Positions 1 through 9,347 of a stretch of 64,000 nucleotides of DNA are shown piece by piece (the first letter of the stretch is position 1; each line of letters opens with the position of its first letter). This stretch comes from Syntrophales bacterium. Lineage in GTDB: Bacteria; Desulfobacterota; Syntrophia; Syntrophales; UBA2192. The DNA lies in the NCBI GenBank assembly GCA_035450185.1, contig DAOTMG010000004.1, positions 10,046-74,045 on the forward strand, given 5' to 3'. The notes under the pieces were generated by a model. The model was given only the letters and a program-made list of their open reading frames with translations. It did no database searches and had not been told where the DNA came from. The position numbers were made by a program, and so were the translations under genes.

Positions 1-332
1 CCGAGCACAAGCCAGCCGGTGACGATGACGAAGCCCGGGGTGAACGCAAGAAAGGGTAGGGTCAGAGAGAGGGGGGATGCTTTGAGGGCCTTCATATAGC
101 AGAAGAAGGCCGTGGCCTCCATCGGCAGGGCGATGAGAATGCAAAGGAAGAAAACCCCGTCCGGCCTGACCCAGGGGATGAAAAAGAGAGACAGAAGGAT
201 CCAGGGCAGAGCGCTCAGGAGCCTCACCAGCCCCATCTCGTAAGCCGAGGCGTCGCTGAAATATCTCTTCGTGACGGCGTCAGCCGTCGCGAGGCTCACG
301 GCAGAAAGGATTGCCGGGAAGAACCAGGCCAT
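1..332 (-). CDS. EamA/DMT-family membrane transporter, N-terminal portion (3' end outside window)
   Basis: Absent from the ORF track because it runs off the window edge. Manual minus-strand translation from ATG at 332-330 gives MAWFFPAILSAVSLATADAVTKRYFSDASAYEMGLVRLLSALPWILLSLFFIPW..., open to position 1, hydrophobic and multi-TM with an EamA-like N-terminus. Confidence 0.5.
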   Translation of the reverse strand, partial: MAWFFPAILSAVSLATADAVTKRYFSDASAYEMGLVRLLSALPWILLSLFFIPWVRPDGVFFLCILIALPMEATAFFCYMKALKASPLSLTLPFLAFTPGFVIVTGWLVL

Positions 333-486
333 ACTTTTTCTTTAATTTATCCAGAAAATCCTTGTATTTTCACAATCGGGCTTTTATATCGAGAGGCGTC
401 AGAGGCTTAAATAGGCCGGTATCGAGGAAATTACAAGGGGGAAAGATATTCTTTCTCCCGGATCTTTTCCCGGGAAGGAGGCATTT

Positions 487-1248
487 TTGAAACGGGATGC
501 GGGGGCTTTTGTCGGGTTTGTCATCGGCCTCAGCGCGGGTGCTTTCGGGGGGCTTGTCGGCATCGGCGGCGGCATGATCATGATCCCCCTGATGGCGATC
601 TTTCTCAAATTTACCCAGATCCAGGCCCACGGCACGAGCCTCGTAGCGGTTGTCTTTACGGGTATCGCCGGTGCCGCCACCTACGCCTTTTTTAAATCCG
701 TGAATCTGTGTGCGGCCCTTGTACTTGCTCTTTCGGCCGGGCTCACCGTTCCGTTCGGTGCCCGTCATGCCAGCAGTCTCCCCGAGAGGAAACTCAAGAA
801 AGCCTTCGGTATTTTCCTTATTGTCATTTCGATCTTCATGCTCATGAAGCCGTTTCTGACGGCCCTATCGGTATCCTCCCCCTCGGAGGCCGGAGGAATT
901 GTCGTTCTGCTCCTGACGGGGGCACTGACGGGCTTTCTTTCCGGGATGATGGGGATCGGCGGGGGCGGAATCATGATCGCGGCGCTTGTTCTTCTTCTGG
1001 ACACGAGCCAGCATACCGCCCAGGGGACGGCGCTGGCGGCCATGGTTCCCACGGCAATCATCGGGTCGTGGACCCATTTCAGGCTTGGCAACGTACGGCA
1101 GGACGCCCTGATCCCCCTGGTCGCAGGGATTCTGATCGGCTCCTATCTGGGCGGTGCCGCGGCGCACCTGGTGCCGGAGACGGAACTGCGGGTGCTTCTA
1201 TGCCTGGTCCTCCTGTGGATGGGTATCCGTTATGTGAGGACATCCTGA
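487..1248 (+). CDS. TSUP/TauE-SafE (DUF81) family anion permease
   Basis: 253-aa ORF with TTG start. Glycine-rich TM helices are duplicated (GGLVGIGGGMIMIPLM and GMMGIGGGGIMIAAL), which is typical of the TSUP family. Confidence 0.8.
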   Translation: MKRDAGAFVGFVIGLSAGAFGGLVGIGGGMIMIPLMAIFLKFTQIQAHGTSLVAVVFTGIAGAATYAFFKSVNLCAALVLALSAGLTVPFGARHASSLPERKLKKAFGIFLIVISIFMLMKPFLTALSVSSPSEAGGIVVLLLTGALTGFLSGMMGIGGGGIMIAALVLLLDTSQHTAQGTALAAMVPTAIIGSWTHFRLGNVRQDALIPLVAGILIGSYLGGAAAHLVPETELRVLLCLVLLWMGIRYVRTS

Positions 1249-1432
1249 GAGGAGGCGATTCGCTTGCCTTTCGCCGCGTCCCGGGATAAAGATATCAAAG
1301 GCAGCGTGACCGTTCTCTGCGTCAGGCGGGACGAATGCGTCGGCAAGGCCGCCATGGGGACGGGATACCCGGAAACGGGCGTTAAGGAGAAAGAAACTTC
1401 AGGGAGAGACCGGAAAGAAGAGGATCAGGAGC

Positions 1433-1987
1433 ATGAAAAGGGAAGAAGCTCTCGAACTGCTGAAGAGTTACGTCAAAAACGACAGGATGCTTGCTCACTG
1501 CTATGCAGCCGAGGCGGTGATGAGGGCTCTGGCCAAAAAACTCGGGAGGGACGAAGACAAGTGGGCCCTGGCGGGACTCCTTCACGATCTTGACGTGGAG
1601 GCCTGCAATGCCGACCTTCATGCCCACACGCTCGAGACGGAGCATGTTTTAAGGGAAAAGGGCGTTGACCCGGAGATCGTGAATGCCATCGCCATGCACA
1701 ACGAGGTGAACCGGGACCGGAAGCGAAGCACGGAATTCGAGCACGCCCTGGCGGCCGGAGAGACGATCACCGGCCTGATCATCGCGACCACTCTGGTGTA
1801 TCCCGATAAGAAAATCGCGAGTGTCAAGGCGAAGTCGGTCGTGAAACGGATGAAGGAAAAACAGTTCGCGGCCTCCGTCAACCGGGACATCATCATGGAA
1901 TGCGAGAAGATCGGTATTCCGCTGGAGGCCTTCGTGGAGTTGAGCCTGGACGCCATGCGCGGGATCAGCGAAGAGATCGGCCTTTAA
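1433..1987 (+). CDS. HD-domain metal-dependent phosphohydrolase
   Basis: 184-aa ORF with an H...HD signature (LAHCYAAEAV...GLLHDLD...AMHN), typical of small HD/HDIG hydrolases. Confidence 0.7.
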   Translation: MKREEALELLKSYVKNDRMLAHCYAAEAVMRALAKKLGRDEDKWALAGLLHDLDVEACNADLHAHTLETEHVLREKGVDPEIVNAIAMHNEVNRDRKRSTEFEHALAAGETITGLIIATTLVYPDKKIASVKAKSVVKRMKEKQFAASVNRDIIMECEKIGIPLEAFVELSLDAMRGISEEIGL

Positions 1988-2179
1988 CGAATCCATCCTT
2001 CCCTTTGTTCCTCCCCTCATGACCGGCAGGGCCGGCGAGCTTGGCGACGAAGCCTTTCGCCGTTACAGCGTCTCCATATCTATTTGATATTATTGGTATT
2101 TATTTTTGAGGGAAAAAAGAAGAGGCCCGTTCTGGGCCCTTTTGCCGATCTCAAGAAGCCTCTTCTAGATTGAAAGCGC

Positions 2180-2809
2180 TCAGATTTCGGGGAACCTGGA
2201 CAGGTTATCCCGGTACTGCTTCATGACTTCCTTCACGTAGCGCGTGTTGGGTGTCGGGTTTTTCGCGCGTTCTTCCCTCGCCCGGTTGTGGCCCACGTTG
2301 TAGGCGTAGATTACCTGCTTCAAGTTATTGAAATCCTTGTCGAGTTTCGCCAGATAATAGACACCGAGCTTTATGTTGTAATCGGGTTCGTGAAGATCTT
2401 CCTCAGCGGCTAATTTGATACCCACGTCCTTGGAGAGAAACTCCGCCAGTATGGGGCGAATTTGCATGATACCCCTTGCCCCCCTGCTCGACACGGCTTC
2501 ATGGTCGTAATTGCTCTCAGCTTCCATGATGGCGAGCACAAGACGGTAATCCACGTCGTGCTCGCGGGAGGCTTCGTAAAGGGTATTCGCGGTCAAATGG
2601 AGCTGATTCTCAGGCATCTTCGCGTTTTTGAGTTTCAGGTGCTGGGTGATCTGCCGGATGATCATATCCCGGCAATAACTGTCGTCAAAAAGGGCCTCGG
2701 GTACGACGCGTCCTGGGTACACGAGGAGAAAAATCACGAAAACCAGCACACACAATACTATGAATATTTTTGGTTTTTTCATCTTTTTCCCTCCATAAAT
2801 CCCGTTCAT
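2180..2809 (-). CDS. lytic transglycosylase (SLT domain), membrane-anchored
   Basis: 209-aa ORF with an N-terminal TM or signal segment (KIFIVLCVLVFVIFLLV). SLT catalytic block AIMEAESNYDHEAVSSRGARGIMQIRP...YNVG. The start may instead be the internal Met at 2782. Confidence 0.8.
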   Translation of the reverse strand: MNGIYGGKKMKKPKIFIVLCVLVFVIFLLVYPGRVVPEALFDDSYCRDMIIRQITQHLKLKNAKMPENQLHLTANTLYEASREHDVDYRLVLAIMEAESNYDHEAVSSRGARGIMQIRPILAEFLSKDVGIKLAAEEDLHEPDYNIKLGVYYLAKLDKDFNNLKQVIYAYNVGHNRAREERAKNPTPNTRYVKEVMKQYRDNLSRFPEI

Positions 2810-3355
2810 TCATCCACCTTAACTGTGAGACGTCCCTTACGTTCACATAAATCCAGCGAATAGAAATGAGTTGAATTAATTAAGACGGCTGGGGTGGGAA
2901 AAAACTATGAATAGGCTATGTACGGGTATTTGTCGGCGACGGAAATTCGTCCTCACATTCAGGGTAAAAAAAATTAAAACGTCAGCGTGTCTCGTGCCGT
3001 TGAATTAAGGTAGCCCCTATACACCATCCTGTCAAGTTTTTCAATTACCCCGTCCCTAGAATGATACCTTTTATCAGCTCACCATTCCATCCCGGGCGGG
3101 GAGAGGCTACTTCATCTATGGTCCACATTTTGTATGTCGATTGAACGATACCCCAAGATGTAGTACCTGTCAAGCGTTTTTATGTATCGTGGAAAACAAG
3201 GCCGGTCAAGGGATACATGGGCGGGGAGCGCTGAAATGTCTGGGGGACGGGGCTTGAGAATTTTTTTTCACACAGAGACGATGCGGTTCTTCAAGGCAAG
3301 GGTAATCACCGCCGTTGCCGGATCTGACCGGTCTCTGACGGGGTAAAAATTAATT

Positions 3356-4495
3356 TTATGTAATTATTACGATTGGTTGGTCCGTTATTTGGCGGTTGTC
3401 CCATGAGGGGTGGCTTGACCTGAGCTCCGGCCGAAAGTTTTTAAGTCTTTCGAAAGCCTGTTTTTTCTCCGAATGACCTATCGCGGCCGAATTGATCATC
3501 TCTTCGAGAAAGGTGATCGAACCGTCATAGGTTTCGCGGTCCAAGGGGTGGGGATGACCATCTTTGCCGCCGTGGGTGAAACTGAAACGGGCGGGATCAC
3601 GGAATGACCGCTTTGCACCATAGATGAGTTCAGCCATCAGTGAGAGGGCTCTCAGGGTCTTTGAACCAACCCCCTCAATCCCCAGGAGGCTCTCGAAACT
3701 CCCAGGCTGCTTATCGTAGGTCTTGAGAAGGATCCTGTGGAAGTACTCGGGACTGATCAGATCGGGTGTCACGTCATGGCGTTCCGGCAGCCTCAGTATC
3801 CTCATCTTCTTGAATTCCTCGATAATCCGTTCCGGGTGTTCCGAGGCGATCCCTGCGGAGATCTTCCGGTTCTCCTCCCCCTCGCGGGCAACGAGGTTCA
3901 GTGTCAGGGCCTTCCTTTCACAGCAGACGGCCCGATGGGGTTCGCAGACGAAATCAACCTTTTCGATTCCAAGCCAGTGGTAGCGCCTGGCATAGCGGTT
4001 TTCATCGTTGAGGCCCTGCTGGACCACGGCCCAGCGGCCGTGCCGGTCGAAGAAGAAGACGTGGTGATAGAGGTGATACCCGTCCTGGACGGCGGCGCTG
4101 TCCACCTTGGCCGACATCCTGCTTGCGTAGACAAGGGATTCGGGATTGACGGTGAGGTGCCTGCTGTGACCGAGAATTTCGTCGGGCGTCCGACGGGACA
4201 CCCGGCCTTTCCCGCCGGAGATGAAAAAACCGATCTCGTGCTCCATCCCCCGGAGCCCTTCCTTGAGGGCGCCGCAGGTTGTGGTGGTGAGTCCGCTGCT
4301 GTGCCAGTCGAAACCCAGTACGCACCCAAAGGCCTGGAACCAGAAGGGGTCGGAAAGACGCCTCAGAAGTTCTTCCGGGCCGAAATCGTAGAGAATGAGA
4401 CGGGCGATCTCCCGGGCAAGTTTTTTCATCCGGCCGAAGAGCCATGCCGGCGTCCGTCCGCCGTGAAGGGGAAGATGGGCGATCCCTGTTCTCAA
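3356..4495 (-). CDS. DUF763-family protein
   Basis: 379-aa ORF. N-terminus LPLHGGRTPAWLFGRMKKLAREI...LSDPFWFQAFGCVLGFDWHSSGLTTT matches my recollection of DUF763. It has a helix-hairpin-helix-like GIEGVGSKTLRAL segment. Family assignment is from memory, not from a search. Confidence 0.6.
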   Translation of the reverse strand: MRTGIAHLPLHGGRTPAWLFGRMKKLAREIARLILYDFGPEELLRRLSDPFWFQAFGCVLGFDWHSSGLTTTTCGALKEGLRGMEHEIGFFISGGKGRVSRRTPDEILGHSRHLTVNPESLVYASRMSAKVDSAAVQDGYHLYHHVFFFDRHGRWAVVQQGLNDENRYARRYHWLGIEKVDFVCEPHRAVCCERKALTLNLVAREGEENRKISAGIASEHPERIIEEFKKMRILRLPERHDVTPDLISPEYFHRILLKTYDKQPGSFESLLGIEGVGSKTLRALSLMAELIYGAKRSFRDPARFSFTHGGKDGHPHPLDRETYDGSITFLEEMINSAAIGHSEKKQAFERLKNFRPELRSSHPSWDNRQITDQPIVIIT

Positions 4496-4800
4496 TGCCC
4501 GTCCCTTTTCCTTGATTTCTCGAGTTCATCGGCATGGGCCGCGTCGAGGAGGGCCAGGAAGACGTCGTAATTGTCGCTTGCGGCCCGGGCCTGTTCGGCG
4601 GTCATCAGATCGGGGAATTCTTCGTGGAACTGGACGATGAGCCGTTCCATTTCGTTCTGCGCGTAGATGAGATCGGAGAGGTGTTCCGTCGAGAGGTTCT
4701 CATTCGTCATATGGGCGAGAACGCGTATCTGTTTGATCATTTCGAACCGGCTTATTTTCATCTCTACGGGATCCTCCTCATCCGGGGTCAGGCTTGACAT
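4492..4800 (-). CDS. hypothetical small acidic helical protein
   Basis: 102-aa ORF. Its stop overlaps the DUF763 start by 4 nt (ATGA), which suggests translational coupling. No family recognised. Confidence 0.45.
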   Translation of the reverse strand: MSSLTPDEEDPVEMKISRFEMIKQIRVLAHMTNENLSTEHLSDLIYAQNEMERLIVQFHEEFPDLMTAEQARAASDNYDVFLALLDAAHADELEKSRKRDGH

Positions 4801-4822
4801 CTTGACATTTATTTTTCTGATG

Positions 4823-5758
4823 TTAAAGCAGATCTCTTCTGAAATGTTCCATCATGTCCTTCAAGGATTGATCCTTCTCCGCCTTTTCAGCAAGTAGGGT
4901 TGCTGCCCTGCTCAGTCCCGAGATATCTTTTAGAAGTCTCTTGCTGAGCTCGGTGAGTGTCAGGTTTTTGGATTCGCGGACCAACCAACTCAGCATTGCT
5001 CGGGCTTTAGCTATTTTTTGATTCTTTCCCGTTTCGACCAGATCCTTTTCTTTCACCTCAAAGTGCCGACAGACCTGATGAATCATTTTTTCGATGTCGG
5101 AGGATTTGGTTGTCTTCTGATGAACCTTCTCCAGAGTTGCTTCGAGAAATCTGTCGTTACCCAAGATTCGCCCCTCCGCGGTCCCGCGGTGAAACTCGAT
5201 CCTGCGAGATTCGCCAAGTCCCTCGTGCAGAAATTTCTTGTATCGTTTTCTGGCATGACTGCGACTGTCCGAGAATTGCGATAGAAGACGATCTGTTGTG
5301 AGCCAAGGGTGCCGGACTTCTGCCGAGTAAGATTGTTCACTGCTCCAGGGATAATGCTCGGGAAGAGACGTAAGACCCGCCCGAACAGGGTTTAAATGGA
5401 CATAGCGGATAAGTTCGAGAAGGTAGGAGTCCGCGTCGATCAAAATGGCTTTGTAACGCCCCTGAAAGACGTGACCCGACTTTTCGTTTTTTCGATTGAA
5501 CCACGACGTATAACGCTGACTCAGATTCTGAATGATTCGCGACAACGGTATCTCCCCCACCTCAATCACAAGATGGACGTGATTGGGCATCAGGCAGAAT
5601 GCGTGAATGCGGTGCGCGTAACGTTTGTGACCCTCCTCGATCAGGCGATGAAACCTTAAATAATCCTGATCATCGCGGAAAACAGCTTGCCCTGCGTTTC
5701 CACGCAAGATCACATGATAGACAGCCCCGGGGAAATGAATGCGAGGTTTGCGAGCCAT
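4823..5758 (-). CDS. REP-associated tyrosine transposase (RAYT, IS200-like Y1 transposase) with C-terminal DnaA-C-like HTH
   Basis: 311-aa ORF with HUH motif (MPNHVHLVIE) and the GHVFQGRYKAILIDADSYLLELIRYVHLNPVRAGL block typical of RAYT/IS200 Y1 transposases. The C-terminal part (KNLTLTELSKRLLKDISGLSRA) resembles the DnaA C-terminal HTH. Confidence 0.8.
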   Translation of the reverse strand: MARKPRIHFPGAVYHVILRGNAGQAVFRDDQDYLRFHRLIEEGHKRYAHRIHAFCLMPNHVHLVIEVGEIPLSRIIQNLSQRYTSWFNRKNEKSGHVFQGRYKAILIDADSYLLELIRYVHLNPVRAGLTSLPEHYPWSSEQSYSAEVRHPWLTTDRLLSQFSDSRSHARKRYKKFLHEGLGESRRIEFHRGTAEGRILGNDRFLEATLEKVHQKTTKSSDIEKMIHQVCRHFEVKEKDLVETGKNQKIAKARAMLSWLVRESKNLTLTELSKRLLKDISGLSRAATLLAEKAEKDQSLKDMMEHFRRDLL

Positions 5759-5877
5759 GGAAAATGCATATCATAAAATGTCAAGATGTCAAGCCTGACC
5801 CCAAGTTTGTTTTGGCAGATGTGTTGCATGAATGAGGCCCGTAGAGAGAAGAGAAATCAATAGCGGACCGGTGGCAG

Positions 5878-6735
5878 ATGATGAGAAAAAATGCAAGTTG
5901 CATGGAATGGATGCCCGGGAAGGGATGGGCGGTGATCATGGCGGTCATCCTGGCCGCCGGTTTCGCCCACGGCCAGAGCTGCGGGGTGAAGCCGGGGGGT
6001 GTGGTGAAGGAATACCGCACCGGAGACGACGGGGTGGTCCGGGGCTGGACGGAGAAGGAATTCGACGACCGGGGCCGTCTCCGGAGAGAATCAAGTAAGG
6101 ACGGCAGCGGAAAGGTCATTCGCTCGAGGGAATGGAGCCATGACAAGGCGGGTCGTGTGACGAAGACCGTCGACAGGGATTCGAAAGGAGACGTCGTTTA
6201 CCTCCACGAGCGACTCTACAACGACGGCGGCAGATTGACAAAGGACTACACGGAAGAAAGAGGTCGGGTCACCCTGTGGACGGAGTATGCCTACGACGAC
6301 AAAGGGAATATGGCGGAAGAAATCCAGAGGGATCCATCCGGGTCTCTCGTCAAAATGTTTCAATACGATACAGGATGGAATCTCACGGAGGACGCAAAAG
6401 ACGCCGATCCTTTCAAGGCCTTCTACATCCGGTTCAAGTCCTCCAAAAAGTTCCAGCGCGACCACACCCGCTTTCCCCTCGAAGTGGTCATCTGCGGAGA
6501 CGGTGAGGGAAGGGATACGGCCCGAAGGAAAAAAATATCGAAAAAGGAATGGAGGTTCACCGATTTCAACGCTCCGGACTGGGAGGTCGCCGTCATGAAG
6601 ACGGACAGGGACGGTCCCGGTGAGTCGGCTCTCCGGTTGAGGGGAAAACGGGACAGCGGCGTTCTCGTCTACTACAGGTTCAAAAACATCAAGGAGAAAT
6701 GGACCCTCGTTGAGGTCGAGGATCGAAGCCGGTAA
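5878..6735 (+). CDS. secreted protein with YD/Rhs-like repeats
   Basis: 285-aa ORF with a signal-like N-terminus (WAVIMAVILAAGFAHGQ). Repeated G-R/K-hydrophobic-x-K/E...Y..YDDKGN units (GRLTKDYTEERGRVTLWTEYAYDDKGNMAEE). The C-terminal ~110 aa is unassigned. Exact start is uncertain. Confidence 0.5.
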   Translation: MMRKNASCMEWMPGKGWAVIMAVILAAGFAHGQSCGVKPGGVVKEYRTGDDGVVRGWTEKEFDDRGRLRRESSKDGSGKVIRSREWSHDKAGRVTKTVDRDSKGDVVYLHERLYNDGGRLTKDYTEERGRVTLWTEYAYDDKGNMAEEIQRDPSGSLVKMFQYDTGWNLTEDAKDADPFKAFYIRFKSSKKFQRDHTRFPLEVVICGDGEGRDTARRKKISKKEWRFTDFNAPDWEVAVMKTDRDGPGESALRLRGKRDSGVLVYYRFKNIKEKWTLVEVEDRSR

Positions 6736-6756
6736 TGGACCCCCACCCTCCGACCT

Positions 6757-8742
6757 CTACCGGACGCACCCCTGTGCCGCGGCCATGAACTGGCGGTCGT
6801 CATTGTCCAGGGCACCGTTTCTGTCCAGGTCGGCGCCGTCGCACCACCCGTTGCCGGCGGAGCACACCGCATTCGAACCAAAAAGGTTCCAGAGATAATC
6901 GAAGATCGCCATGTCGGCTCCGTCGACGGCGCCCGACCCGTCCAGGTCCGCCGGTGTGCATCCGAGCCTTGCCCATGAGCAGTCCAGGGTCTGCGGGGCC
7001 AGGCTGCACAGAGAGATTTCCTTCCAGAACTGAATGTCGCCGAACCAGAGATGGCGGGGATTTTCCGTCGGTATCCACCGGCCGTCGGGTCCGACGCATT
7101 CGTATCCTTCGCCCGCCCGCCGGACGGGGACGGAATCGCCGAATCGGTTTCGATACCGTTCCCGGATCCAGCGCTCTCGCTTCTCCAATGCGGTCATGAC
7201 CTTCTCGCGGATTTGCTCATCCGTCATGAGCGGGGAGGGAATAGTGTCTCCCGATTCGAGCCGGGATTCTATCGCCCGGATCCTGCCGTCGCCGGGTTCG
7301 AAGTTTCTGAGGTCCTCCAGCGGGGCGTCCATGTCGAACATCCGTGCGTACAGGGCGGCATGGTATGTCAGGTCTTCGTCGTTCAACAGACGGGCGATCC
7401 GGATCATGTTCCACAGGGTTTTCCTTGCTTCGTCGTAGAGCGCATTCTGCCGGGTCATCCCGGCGTAGTAACATAGGCCCGCCGCGCTCAACAGGATTTC
7501 CTTGAAATCATCCCGGACGCCGGAGGTGGCTTTTTTCAGCAGTTCCGGAGAGAGGTTCGCAAGCGTCTCCGCGATGGTGAGCACATCGCTCCAGCAGACA
7601 CCCATGACGGCATCGTCCATCGAGCGGCAGGTGGTCATCGCCGCCGGAAGTCTGATTTCCGGAAGCGGGTAGGTCAACCCCTCCGAAGAGATGGCCCTGG
7701 CCAGATAGGCCATCTGGCAGGAGACAAGGCTGCCCAGGTCCTGCGCCTCGGTGGTGCCGTCCGGCCGTCGCCGGCCGGCGGGTACAAGCATTGAGTAGTC
7801 GTGCCACTCGTCCACGGTCGTCAGGGTCATCCCCGCGGCCGCGATGGCGTCACAGGTTCGCCGTGCCGCCGCGGCGGCGCGGCCGGCGGCCTCCGCCAGG
7901 TCTGCCGGCAGGCCCGGTGTCGCGGCGGCCTCGACCGCCGCGAGGTAACCCATCGCGTAGTCGGGGAAATTGTCACGGGAGTTGTGATTTCCCCAGTAAG
8001 CCCCCTTCCACAATCCCGTCCGGGTCACCATCCAGGAGGAGCAGCAGTCGGAGATGCGCAGGAAGTCGGGCAGCACGTTGAATACAAAGGTGGTCGAGAA
8101 GTCTTCGAGCTCATTGACGGCCTTGAAATTGAAATAGTATTCTCCGGGGTCGTTGCGGTAGGTGAAAACGACACCATCGTAAAAGCGGTCAAGAATCTCC
8201 CTCTCAAGGAGAGAGCTGTAAGCCGCCGGCGGCGTCACGGAGCTACCGGACTTTGTGCGTGTGACCGTTTTGTTCACACCGTCCAGCGTCACGGTCCAGC
8301 CGGGCAGAGCTTCGCGGCACGTGAGACCCGGATGCCCCGAGACGTCTTCGTTGAAAGCCAGCCCCTCGAAAAGACGGATGAGGGTGAGCTCGAGGTCCCG
8401 CCCGCCGATGGCCTGATAACCCTTCCATGCCCCGAACACCGTCATTCCGATGGGATTGTTGTCGTTGGGGCCGGGTACGGACTCATACCGATTGCCCGAC
8501 CTGGCGATATAATTCTTGCCGAAGGCCGATGCGAAGACGGTGTCACCGGCGAGCCCGAATCGGTTGAGCGCAAGTACGGTCCGCTCGGCTCTCTCTCTGT
8601 AGAAGAGCTTGAAGGCCTCGGCTCTGGCATTCGGGTTGGCGGCGGGTGGGGGGATGGCGCCCGAAGGTATCTTGGTACAGCAGGCGGACAGCGACAATGG
8701 AACGGTGATGAGAACGGAAAGGAGGGTACTTTTTCGAATCAT
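6757..8742 (-). CDS. lipoprotein of unknown function with C-terminal dockerin/EF-hand-like Ca-binding repeat pair
   Basis: 661-aa ORF with a lipobox-like LSLSAC after a hydrophobic leader. The C-terminus has two DxDxDG-type loops (DLDGSGAVDGADMAIF and DLDRNGALDNDDRQF). Confidence 0.65.
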   Translation of the reverse strand: MIRKSTLLSVLITVPLSLSACCTKIPSGAIPPPAANPNARAEAFKLFYRERAERTVLALNRFGLAGDTVFASAFGKNYIARSGNRYESVPGPNDNNPIGMTVFGAWKGYQAIGGRDLELTLIRLFEGLAFNEDVSGHPGLTCREALPGWTVTLDGVNKTVTRTKSGSSVTPPAAYSSLLEREILDRFYDGVVFTYRNDPGEYYFNFKAVNELEDFSTTFVFNVLPDFLRISDCCSSWMVTRTGLWKGAYWGNHNSRDNFPDYAMGYLAAVEAAATPGLPADLAEAAGRAAAAARRTCDAIAAAGMTLTTVDEWHDYSMLVPAGRRRPDGTTEAQDLGSLVSCQMAYLARAISSEGLTYPLPEIRLPAAMTTCRSMDDAVMGVCWSDVLTIAETLANLSPELLKKATSGVRDDFKEILLSAAGLCYYAGMTRQNALYDEARKTLWNMIRIARLLNDEDLTYHAALYARMFDMDAPLEDLRNFEPGDGRIRAIESRLESGDTIPSPLMTDEQIREKVMTALEKRERWIRERYRNRFGDSVPVRRAGEGYECVGPDGRWIPTENPRHLWFGDIQFWKEISLCSLAPQTLDCSWARLGCTPADLDGSGAVDGADMAIFDYLWNLFGSNAVCSAGNGWCDGADLDRNGALDNDDRQFMAAAQGCVR

Positions 8743-8834
8743 GGACGTTCATTCCCTTGATGGGACCGGGAGACAAACCCGTCGGAAAGAAGACCTCTCC
8801 GCCGGCACCGTTTTCCTCAAGCCGTCCGGAGAGA

Positions 8835-9347
8835 CTACCTTTGAATTCCCCCTTTGTTTTTTTCGCCGGTCCGCTTCCTCGACTCGGGGAAGAGCACCCG
8901 GTTTCCCGGCCGGTCGTGGATCTCACGGACGCCGATGCAACGGAAGGTCCCTTTTTCGTCTATGACGAAGAGCGTCCGACCCGAGTGACCCTCTTTCTTC
9001 TTGACGGCGTATTTCTTTGCCGAGCCTCCCGGGGTGAAGTGTGAAATCGCTCAGTAGCGGAAAGGAAATCCCCCGAGACCCTCGACCCACGCCTTGAGGC
9101 AGGGGACAGGCTCTGCAGGGATGCCGGGGACCCGGGCATTCAGTCCCGCAAACTTGGCGCGTTTCGCCTCACGGGACGGGATCCGGTATGTTCGGATGGA
9201 CATCCACGCGAGCAGGAAGAAAGCGGGTACGATGGGCCCTTTCCCGCAGAGAGAGTTCAGCCTGACCGTCCGTCTCTGATGACCCGGCAGAACGAAATCC
9301 CGGTCCCTGCTTCCGACTCCCGGGTTCGTGTCTTCTTTCTCGCGAAA
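8835..9347 (-). pseudogene. decayed AhpC/TSA (redoxin/peroxiredoxin-like) gene
   Basis: Manual minus-strand translation gives ...DFVLPGHQRRTVRLNSLCGKGPIVPAFFLLAWMSIRTYR...GLNARVPGIPAEPVPCLKAWVEGLGGFPFRY*AISHFTPGGSAKKYAV...GRTLFVIDEKGTFRCIGVRE. The thioredoxin-fold order is conserved. However, there is no ATG/GTG/TTG start before the redoxin N-terminal block, an in-frame TGA at 9053-9051, and no Cys at the expected WCPxC/TxxC position (WMSIR). Confidence 0.5.

Noticed and set aside
3020-3240. Repeated CCTGTCAAG(N)TTTTT (about 3030 and 3165) and GGGCGGGGAG (about 3104 and 3219) as a tandem duplication or ncRNA
   Set aside because: Spacing between the two motif pairs differs (about 75 versus about 55 nt) and the intervening sequence is unrelated. 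On the minus strand the first motif is simply TTGACA preceded by an A-tract, i.e. probable -35/UP elements for the lytic transglycosylase gene. Support was too weak to list as features.
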